A stretch of DNA of 32,881 nucleotides, taken from Octopus bimaculoides. Its lineage: Eukaryota. The DNA lies in NCBI RefSeq assembly GCF_001194135.2, contig NC_068987.1:23930215-23963095 (forward strand), in the 5' to 3' direction. The notes beneath the pieces were generated by a model. That model did not search any database, was not told the DNA's origin, and was given only the letters and a program-made list of their open reading frames with translations. The position numbers and the translations under genes were made by a program. Of this stretch, positions 12,101 to 23,615 are shown piece by piece (position 1 is the stretch's first letter; each line of letters begins with the position of its first letter).

Positions 12101-15100
12101 GCACAAATGGGTTAATGGACATTGATTGATTCTCCTCCCTTGTCCCATGTTGGGGAAATGTGTGTGTGCGTGTGACCATGAGCTCCATGAACCCCATTCA
12201 AGTTACTGACCTCGTCGGACTCTATTTACTGTACAACATTAAGACTTAACTTTCCTATATTGGAAGAGGACTCTACAGGGATGACTGCCTTCTTACTGTG
12301 GAAGGTTATAATTCATCCCGGCTGGATGTTGTTGTTGTTGTTGGCACTCCATCGAGGGTTCCAGTTGATCCGATCAACGGAACAGCCTGCTCGTGAAATT
12401 AACGTGCAAGTGGCTGAGCACTCCACAGACACGTGTACCCTTAACGTAGTTCTCGGGGGTATTCAGTGTGACACACTGTGACAAGATTTTATCTGGTACA
12501 CCTTAAATGCTGTCATTATTCTTGCTAATTCACCAGGAGAGTATAATTGTTGTATCATATGACTGAAACAACTACTTTTGAAGGTAGCCATGATTATCTA
12601 AATTTATTTTGTAGCAAGCTGTCTTAAGATTTAAGATTTAAAGCATCAAGTCTTCATTTTGAAGGGGTTAAAGAATATAAAGCTTAGCTCTCGTTTATCA
12701 GCAAGTATGATCAACAGTTTGTACTGGATTTTTGCTAATTGTTTTTTTAATACCTATGTAGTCACAAGCATAGACACACTCTCAACACTCCTACTCTTAA
12801 CCAAGTCAAACATCAAAGATTCGACAGCAAGAGTGTGAGGTGGGGAGAGCTGCACCAGCAATTAGGCTGGTACTCACCGCTGTATAGCTTGGAGCACATG
12901 AAATAAAGTGCCTTGCTCAAGAATACAATGTCAGGTGATCCAGGAATCAAGCCTATGACCTTATCACATGAAGCCTAGTACCCAAACCACTAGAAGATAT
13001 ACTTTCACTGATAAAAACTTTACTGATAGAGATTTAGCTGCTATATTGGTTAAACTGAGTGACTTTAGAGAATTTCCTTCCATAATTCAATTTGTGCATG
13101 TTATTGTGTTATTAACATTAATGTGGCTCACCTCAACTATCACAAGTAAAGTGTATGTTGGTAGGATGTCCCTATTTTATCAAAGTCATAATAACTCATG
13201 TAAAGTTTTATTTATTCAAACCCACAATTAATGTAGTCCCACAATAAAGTATTTTCCCAGTAAAGCCATAATCACAAGAAGTCTTTACCATCAAAAGCCT
13301 TATTTAACTAAATAACCAAGTTTTTCCTATATCAAACTAGTAGCCATGTAGCATCAATCGTATAACCATTGAACTGAGTCGCACGATATACTAAACATCA
13401 ACAAACATACAATACTACTATAATATGAAAGTTTAAATCTTTCCCTTGGTCTTATAATGCTCAAGGGTTACATTTGATTGTAAATTAATGCTTATGGAAT
13501 CTAGATTGGTTATACCATTGAGATGATGTTTCCTGAACATTATCTTGAGACATTGTTATCATAATTGGTACTTACCTTGTTTGAGGCTTCAACCTCTTTT
13601 AATGAATATTTGAAGTTTTGTAAGCTGTATTGCACTTTCAAGCTTGCCACTATAAGGATATTTTGAACTGGAAGGACATTTTGAACATTCTCAAAGTTCA
13701 AACTTGGCATCAGATATGGTCTGCAAGGAACAAATGATTAACTCTTTTATTACCATATTTCTGTTGAAATTTACTGCCTTTGTCTCAATTAATTTTGAAA
13801 GCTGGTGTTTGAAACATAAATTAGCATGAAATTTCAAAAGAAGATTTTTAATTTACATCACTTTAAAATGGAAGCCATTTTAGGCAATTTGCTATCAAAA
13901 TAGCTTAAATCAAACCCGATTACTTGGCTGGTTCTTACTTATTTTATTGACCTAGGTGGGGTGTGAACTCAGAATATGAAGATATGCAAATATTGTAATG
14001 CATTTTGTATGCGACTTACACCTCCTGCACCACTTCAAAATGTATTTTTACTGCTTTGAGCCTTTTCTTCTATGTATGTGCCATTGCAGCAGATGAAGTT
14101 GTGATGTTGTACAATATAGTTGGGGAATCCAATCTTTGTTGTCATTACAATGAGTCAGATGAAGTATATTATTGAAGTAAAATAAGGATCTCCATCAGAA
14201 AAACATTTAGTGAAGGAAAAGAAGCCATTGTCACGTGTTACCTTCTACTTCGAGAAACCTTAAATGAACTGATTAGTCAAGTTTTTCTGACATGGAACTG
14301 GTAACCTATGTTAAATAGCACATACAACATGACCATTGGATTAAGTCACATGATAGAACTAGTATGCAAACAGACACTGCTACAATAATATGAACTGCAT
14401 AAAAGTGAGAATGACAGAGGAATGATGTACCTTGCCTAAGGGAACAATGTTATGTTAGGAACAGGATTTAGATTAAGTTGATGTTTTTGATATTACAGAA
14501 CTTTTCTTCTTTTTGTTTTGATACTTTAGGGTGCGACCCATCAAATTAGGTACAATTGAGAGGACTGAAATATTTCGAGATAGGACCAAGTACCAGGTGG
14601 TATGTATATATATATAAATAAATACATTAATCAGAACTTCTAAATGGAAGCTTCTTGTTGTCATCGTTTCTCTTGTTTCCTGTTTAAAGTCATCAACATC
14701 ATCATTAATGGTTCGGAGGAACATAGGCGCAGGAGTGGCTGTGTGGTAAGTAGCTTGCTTACCAACCACATGGTTCCGGGTTCAGTCCCACTGCGTGGCA
14801 TCTTGGGCAAGTGTCTTCTACTATAGCCTCGGGCCGACCAAAGCCTTGTGAGTGGATTTGGTAGACGGAAACTGAAAGAAGCCCATCGTACATATGTATA
14901 TATATATGTGTGTGTGTATGTGTTTGTGTGTCTGTGTTTGTCCCCCTAGCATTGCTTGACAACCGATGCTGGTGTGTTTATGTCCCCGTCACTTAGCGGT
15001 TCGGCAAAAGAGACCGATAGAATAAGTACTAGGCTTNNNNNNNNNNNNNNNNNNNNNNNNNNNNNNNNNNNNNNNNNNNNNNNNNNNNNNNNNNNNNNNN

Positions 15101-16484
15101 NNNNNNNNNNNNNNNNNNNNNNNNNNNNNNNNNNNNNNNNNNNNNNNNNNNNNNNNNNNNNNNNNNNNNNNNNNNNNNNNNNNNNNNNNNNNNNNNNNNN
15201 NNNNNNNNNNNNNNNNNNNNNNNNNNNNNNNNNNNNNNNNNNNNNNNNNNNNNNNNNNNNNNNNNNNNNNNNNNNNNNNNNNNNNNNNNNNNNNNNNNNN
15301 NNNNNNNNNNNNNNNNNNNNNNNNNNNNNNNNNNNNNNNNNNNNNNNNNNNNNNNNNNNNNNNNNNNNNNNNNNNNNNNNNNNNNNNNNNNNNNNNNNNN
15401 NNNNNNNNNNNNNNNNNNNNNNNNNNNNNNNNNNNNNNNNNNNNNNNNNNNNNNNNNNNNNNNNNNNNNNNNNNNNNNNNNNNNNNNNNNNNNNNNNNNN
15501 NNNNNNNNNNNNNNNNNNNNNNNNNNNNNNNNNNNNNNNNNNNNNNNNNNNNNNNNNNNNNNNNNNNNNNNNNNNNNNNNNNNNNNNNNNNNNNNNNNNN
15601 NNNNNNNNNNNNNNNNNNNNNNNNNNNNNNNNNNNNNNNNNNNNNNNNNNNNNNNNNNNNNNNNNNNNNNNNNNNNNNNNNNNNNNNNNNNNNNNNNNNN
15701 NNNNNNNNNNNNNNNNNNNNNNNNNNNNNNNNNNNNNNNNNNNNNNNNNNNNNNNNNNNNNNNNTATATATATGATGACAAAAATAACTAAGCAACATTT
15801 ATATCAGCTGTTGTTATATAAAGATTATTATAGGCTCCTGTAAGTTATTTAAGCAGTTAATACATCATCAGATGAGAGAGCTTCAATGTAATTCAATTGA
15901 CCAGAAATGAAATTATACATTAAAAACAAATATCTAGTCTGCCATTTGACAATATATCTTCAAAATTACAAGAATTTCAGTTTAGATTTCTGTCCAATGA
16001 TGTTAAAAAATAATATTAGTTGAATATAGACACAGGTATGGCTATACACACACACACATGTATAAATGCATATATATATTTATATAAATAAATGCATATA
16101 TTTATATAAATGCATATATACATACAGACAGACAGACAGACAGACAGACACACATGGGGTTACCATGGGTTTCATGACCATAAAGCACTTAGCTTTATAG
16201 CGTTCCTTCAGACCTTAAACCTGTTGGCCTATGGCCTCTTTAGGAAGTGGCCTCTCTAGAAAATGGAGGAGGATAAGTCTTCATTACTCGGTTTTCTAGA
16301 GAGATCACTTGCTAGAGAGGCCAAAGGCTAACAGGTTTAGAGTCTGAAGGAATACTGTAAAGTTAAGTACTTTATGGATGTGAAACCCAGGGTAACCCCA
16401 TAGACCAGCCATATCTGTCTTTATCAATATACTCTACTGCTCCATAACTTAGATGTACTTCTTTTTCAGATATATGATTTACTG

Positions 16485-16556
<72 letters not shown>

Positions 16557-19410
16557 AACACATGCATATATAAACTTACACATGCACATACATACACATT
16601 CACTCCCTCTTTCTCTCTTTGTATCTTATACACATGCTCTTATGTACATATTATATGCAGACCTGAACAAGGAGTATATTTATTAATAGATGTGGTAACA
16701 ATTGAGGGTATCTCAGTTAGGGGGAGAAGGATGATGGTGGAATTAGTGCAATCAAGTGAACATCTTTAAAGGCTAAGTGCAAATAAATGATTGATGTGCT
16801 CCAGCATGTCTACAGCCATATGGCTGAAATGAGTAAAACAGTAAAAGGGTTTACTTCAAGCTTACCAAACTCCAACTGCTACCACAGCTCTGAAATCCCT
16901 TATTATTATGTTACAATGTTTTATCTATGTCATTTAATCAATGCAGGAGTAGTGGTAGCCCATAGCATTTTCAGGCGTTTATTCATTGGTCAGATTGATG
17001 AGGTTTATGTTTAGTCTAAACAATGCAGGTGCGACTCGGAAAATATGAGTAGGGATAGAATATCTGAGTACTACAGCTGGAACTATAAGAGGTGAGAGTA
17101 GTGGAGACAATGTATGGGCTAGAGTAGAGGTAGTACATACCTTGTTAGTTCAGAAAAACAAGAGTTATTGCAGTGTCTTTGTAAGAGGAGTAGAAAAGAT
17201 ATAGAGCACATACATGTGAATCAGCAATTGTTGTATGTTAGTGATTGAGTTTTTACTAGCCAGCTTGATGATCTAAATGAATATGAACCAGTTTGCTCTA
17301 CACATTTGCTTGCTTGCCTAATAACACCCTTTTGACAATTATCACACATGAAGAATTAACAATTGAGAATAGAATAGATTCATGTTTTGCTTTGTATTTT
17401 TATCTTTACAGACAACACCACAGACTCCTGTGATCATTTTATCTTACCCTTCACCATTATATTATGCCAATGTCGATGTTTTCCAAACCAAAGTTAAGGA
17501 GAAATTTGCTGAATTTAATAAATTATCAAAGAATAAGTCTGCAGATAACAATGTAAGTAAAATATCCCATTATCGTTTTTTAATGAATAACGGAATAGCA
17601 TCTGCAGATAGACAAAGGGATGTCAACATTTGTAGACTGATTAAGGAATGATAGCATTTATAGATGCTTGAGAAAATAACATTTATGGATGGATGATGGA
17701 ATAATAACATAAATGAATGAATAACATTTGTAGATGGTTGAAGAAATACTATTTGTAGATCACTAGAGAAAAACTGTCTTACCATAAATGCACAACAAAT
17801 TAGATTTCTATATGTATTAAAAGGTGCTGTAAGCTGGCAGAATTGTTAAAGCATCAGAAAAATCTATTGTGGTATTTCTTCTCCAGTTCTTGTAGTGATT
17901 CAGCTATAAGAACAAGGTCATCAGTATAGAGGAGTTCCTAGGGGCAGCCCTTCTTAAATTCCTCTGTTATTGCCTGGAGGACTATGATGAACAAGAGGGG
18001 TCTGAGGACTGATCCTTGGTGAATTTTTACCTGTACACTGAATTCGTTGCTATACTTGTTGCCAACCCTTACTTTACTGACAACATCCCTGCACATGACT
18101 TGCACAGCTCTCACCAACCACTCATCTATCCCTAGTTTTTGCATTGACCACCAGATAAGGGATCGATGGACCCTGTTGAAGGCTTTCTCCATGTCACAAA
18201 AGCCAAGTGCAGAGGTTTATTTTTGACTAAGTACTTCTCCTGCAGCTGCCTTACAAGGAATCTATATTCAGTGGTGCTTCCCTATGGCTCAAAACCAAAT
18301 TGCCTCTCATCTAGACTAACTCTCTTCCTAATTAGTTGGGCTATGTCGTCCAACCCATGCTAGCATGGAAAGTGGACGTTAAACGATGATGATGATGATG
18401 ATGACCCTTTCTGTAACTTTTATCACCTGGTCAAACAATTTGATACCTCTGTAATTATTTCTGTCTAAGGCATCAGCTTTACCTTTGTAGCAGTTGACTA
18501 TGGTGCTGCTACACCAGTCATTGGATATGACTCTCTCATGTACAACCTGATTAACTATACAGGTGACTGGACCATAACCCACACTGCCAGATATTTTTAG
18601 CATCTCAACAGTTATTCCTGATGGTCTGGGAGCTTTCCCTGTCTTCGTATCCTTCATGGCTTTATCTGCCATGCTACTGTCTATTCAGAGTGCAGGTCCC
18701 TCTGTTGGATCCACATTAGACAGATTCCCCTTTTCTTGTGAATTCTCTACATTTAGCAACCTTTCATAGTGGCACTTCCAAGCCGCTTTCTTTTCAGAGT
18801 CACTAACTGCAAGTGAACCATCATCCTTGTAAATGCACTTCTCTTTCACATCATCACAATTTTCTCTGGCACACTGTTTTGCAAACTAAAACACTTCAAG
18901 CTGCTGGTCCTCAGGCTACAGAACTTAAGCAAACTTCTTCCTTTCTGCTTCAACCCGGCTAAGTATACCTGCTTCCTAGCTTCCATTCTAGCTACCTGAT
19001 ATAGTTCCTTGCTGCCACCACTCTTCCAGTTCATCAAGGCCCATTTCTTTGCTCTAATGGACCTGTCATCTACATTGTTCCACCACCATGTCTCCCTAGG
19101 CCTGGTTGGGATTTTGCACCAACCACAAATTCTCTCATACTTCTTAAATTCCTTGTGTTTATTCATTTGAATAATTATCATTCCATATTTCAAATGCTCT
19201 TTCAACTGTCTTTGAAATTATGAATATCGCAGGAGTGGCTGTGTGGTAAGTAGCTTGCTTACCAACCACATGGTTCCGGGTTCAGTCCCACTGTGTGGCA
19301 CCTTGGGCAAGTGTCTTTTTCTATAGCCTTGGGCCGACCAAAGCCTTGTGAGTGGATTTGGTAAACGGAAAACTGAAAGAAGCCCATCGTATATATGTAT
19401 ATATATAAAA

Positions 19411-19444
<34 letters not shown>

Positions 19445-22400
19445 ATCTTTGTGTATCTGTGTTTGTCCTCCCCAACATCACTTGACAACCGATGGTAGTG
19501 TGTTTACGTCTTCATAACTCAGCTGTTCAGCAAAAGAGACCGATAGAATAAGTACAGGGCTTACAAAGAATGAGCCCTGGGGTCGATTTGCTCGACTAAA
19601 GGCGGTGCTCCAGCATGGCCGCAGTCAAATGACTGAAACAAGTAAAGAAAGTATCTCATTTTTTTTAAATGATGCCGATCCTTTCTTGTAAATGACCCGA
19701 GACCATCCCACATTTTATGATATAAATTTTCTGTTGTAAAGTAATCTTATTAAAACCTTCCATCAAAATTTCATTTTTATATATGTTCCAAATACTAGCT
19801 TGATAATTACAATGCTATTTTACTAAATTCTCTATTATTTAAAAAAAAAATTATTTAAAGCAACATATTTAAACAGAAATATCATAAGGAAAGAGTTAAA
19901 TCATCTTTAAAATGCTCCCAGCTTTCATACAATATTTCTTGTCTTTCGAGTGACCCCTATCATACTTTTTGACAGACCACCCTTCTGTTCTATTTTCCAG
20001 ATACTACCCACCTTATCTTTAACATTACACTTACTTCTTTCAGTTCTTGTTACATCATATCTGTTCTTCTTTACAGATAAGCACCAACTCCACATGTAAG
20101 GAATTAGAACAATACTATGTAATCATTGACTGTTCTGCTATTTCCTTCATTGATGCAATGGGAGCCAAAGCCTTCAAACAGGTGAGATATATCTTCTCTG
20201 AGAAAAACAGTTGTTTATATTTATGTAACAGTTGATTTTATTTATTTTTGTCAAGATACTGCTGCTGCTGTTGTTGTTATTGTTGTTATAGGAGGAGGAG
20301 GGGTGGCAGCAGCACAGAGACTAAGTTGTTGTGAGTGTCTGTGTTTATGTTGGTTTGTTGTTAATCACTTGGAAACAGGATGTCCGGATTTATGGTAGTG
20401 GATTGTTAGTTACAGTGAAATAGTGTTTGGAGTTATGGTAGTGGGTTGCTAACCACAATGAAGTGGTGTGTGTCTCATGGTAGTGGGCTAGTAACTACAC
20501 TGAAAAACGTGTCTGTATTAAGTTGGTGAATTGCTAACCATACTGAAACGATGTCAAGGTTAATTTGATTGATAATGGACTCTCAAGTTTCTTACATGTT
20601 TGTCTTGGCTCTCATTTGATTGGTACTTTGTTTGACCTCATTTAATTCTGCTTTGTTTCAGCTCTTTCTGGATGCCAAACAAGAAAATGTCTCCTGTTTA
20701 TTTTCATGTGTAAATGGTCAGTAACATTTTCATCGAGCTGTTATATTCAATATTTGTTGATCTTGAACTGTTTTGTCAGTAAATGTTAGTTTGTCATCAT
20801 CATCATCATCGTTTAACGTCCGCTTTCCATGCTAGCATGGGTTGAACGATTTGACTGAGGACTAGTGAACCAGATGGCTACACCAGGCTCCAATCTGATT
20901 TGGCAGAGTTTCTACAGCTGGATGCCCTTCCTAATGCCAACCACTCTGAGAGTGTAGTGGGTGCTCTTACATGCCTGTGATGTTTGCTCATCTTAAGGCT
21001 GAGAAGGTACAAAGTGGTTTGTGTTGGGCTCATGAACATAAGGTCATGTGTTCGATTCGTACACTTTGCAGTGCAGCATCTTCTCCAGGAATTCACTTAT
21101 ATAAATAAATAAATATATATATATATATAGATGGCCCTGCTCGATTTGTAGAAAAGGTGTAGGTAGAAACTCTATAGGATGTACCCAGTGTAAGCTATGG
21201 ACACATAAGAGGTGCAGCAATATGAAAGGCAGGTTAACTAGGAAGTTAGTTTTTGTATGTGGGAGATGTTCAAGTGCAATAAACACTGTAAATATGCAGA
21301 AAACAACTTCTGTCTCATTCCAGGGAGAAAAACTTGACGTAGTTGATAGCTTTCGCTATCTGGGTGACCAAGTTAGTAGTGGGGGTGGGTGCGCTGAAAG
21401 TGTAGCTGCTAGAATAAGAATAGCCTGGGCAAAGTTCAGAGAGCTCTTACCCTGCTGGCGACAAAGGGACTCTCACTCAGAGTAAAAGGCAGACTGATGA
21501 CGCATGTGTACGAACAGCCATGCTACATGGCAGTGAAACATGGGCCGTGACTGCTGAGGACATGCGTAAGCTCGCAAGAAATGAAGCCAGTATGCTCCGA
21601 TGGATGAGTAATGTCGGTGTGCATACCCAACAGAACGTAAGTATCTTGAGAGAAAAGTTGAACATAAGAAGCATCAGTTGTGGTGTGCAAGAGAGACAAT
21701 TGCGCTGGTATGGACATGTGGTGAGAATGGATGAGGATAGTTGCATGAAAAAGTGCCACACCCTAGCGGTTGAGGGAACCCGTGGAAGAGGCAGGCCCAG
21801 GAAGACCTGGGATGAAGTGGTGAAGCATGACCTCTGAACATTAGACCTCACCAAGGCAATGACTTGTGACCGTGACCTTTGGAAATATGCTATGCGTGAG
21901 AAGACCCGGCAGGCTAAGTGAGACCAAAATCCAAGGCCTCTGCCAGGGATGTAGCCAGCCCACTTACGCGTAACATTCCTTTATTGGACACTAAACTTCG
22001 CTTACGAAGACATGGTGCGGCAAGTGAAATCGAAATCAAACTAAANNNNNNNNNNNNNNNNNNNNNNNNNNNNNNNNNNNNNNNNNNNNNNNNNNNNNNN
22101 NNNNNNNNNNNNNNNNNNNNNNNNNNNNNNNNNNNNNNNNNNNNNNNNNNNNNNNNNNNNNNNNNNNNNNNNNNNNNNNNNNNNNNNNNNNNNNNNNNNN
22201 NNNNNNNNNNNNNNNNNNNNNNNNNNNNNNNNNNNNNNNNNNNNNNNNNNNNNNNNNNNNNNNNNNNGTCATTCGAGCGAGATCGTTGCCAGTGCCGATG
22301 GACTGGCTCCTGTGCAGGTGACACATAAAATACACCATTTTGAGCATGGCCGTTGATTGTTAGCAACATTGCTTTCCCGGCACTTGTGCCAGTGGCACGT

Positions 22401-23527
22401 GAAAAGACATTTGAGCGAGATCGTTGCCAGTGCCGATGGACTGGCTCCTGTGCAGGGGGCACATAAAACACACCATTTCAAGCGTGGCCATTGCCAGTAC
22501 TCACCTGACTGGCCCTCGTGCCGGTGGCACGTGAAAGCACCCACTACACTCTCTGAGTGGTTGGCGTTAGGAAAGGCATCCAGCTGTAGAAACTCTGCCA
22601 AATCAGATTGGAGCCTGGTGTCGCCTCCTGGTCCACCAGTCCTCAGTCAAATCATCCAACCCATGCTAGCATGGAAAGCGGACGTTAAATGATGATGATG
22701 ATGATGATGATGCGTGTGTGTGTGTGTGTGTGCGTGCATGTGTGCACATGGCCATAAGTGGAAATGTTGATTTTAAGACAGAAATTTACCCATGCTCTCC
22801 AATTCTTATGTCCAATCTTGATAGAAGGCTATGGTTACTAACTGATCATCATCATCATCGTCGTTTAATGTCCGCTTTCCATGTTAGCATGGGTTGGACG
22901 ATTTGACTGAGGACTGGTGAACCAGATGGCTACACCAGGCTCCAATCTGATTTGGCAGAGTTTCTACAGCTGGATGCCCTTCCTAACGCCAACCACTCCG
23001 AGAGTGTAGTAGGTGCTTTTACGTGAATATAATATTAGTTTTTAACAGCTGATATAAAGTCCAACTTGTGCTACATTTCCATTTAACCCTTTTGTTTTCA
23101 TTTTCTGCTGAAATACACTACATTTATTTTAATTTAATTTTGAAAATAATAAAGAATTCAGTAAAACAACTGTTATTATTGCAGAACTAGAAGTGGTCTC
23201 AATTGGGATAGTAAAAAAAGGGTTATGGTTTCTATTAGTTACTTGGGTAAAGCTTTTGAACTCTAACATTTCTATACCCACTCCAACAAAATCTGACCAT
23301 TTACCAAACTATATAAAAATTTATTCTATTTTACTATTTCAGACTCTGTATTATCTGTGTTGAAAGCTTCTGATGTGCTTGAGACTTTACAGAATTCTCT
23401 CTATGTGACAACATATGATGCCCTGATGGCAATTGAACTGCAAGATGAGGTTAATATGGCTTACATTTAATATTTGTTACAATATTCTCTCAATATTTGA
23501 TCTCACATTCTCTGTTCTTCACTTTCC

Positions 23528-23615
<88 letters not shown>

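Noticed and set aside
14020-14140. Minus-strand KIGFPNYI (neprilysin-like) peptide next to a GTAAGT donor
   Set aside because: The similarity is limited to 8 residues, there is an in-frame stop before the donor, and I found no acceptor.
14726-14800. tRNA-like A and B boxes as possible tRNA genes
   Set aside because: They are SINE heads followed by SINE bodies, with no complete cloverleaf.
14956-15843. Long ORFs (250-295 aa) in the track, plus those at 21914-22471 and 31546-32011
   Set aside because: They are open only because they run through N gaps.
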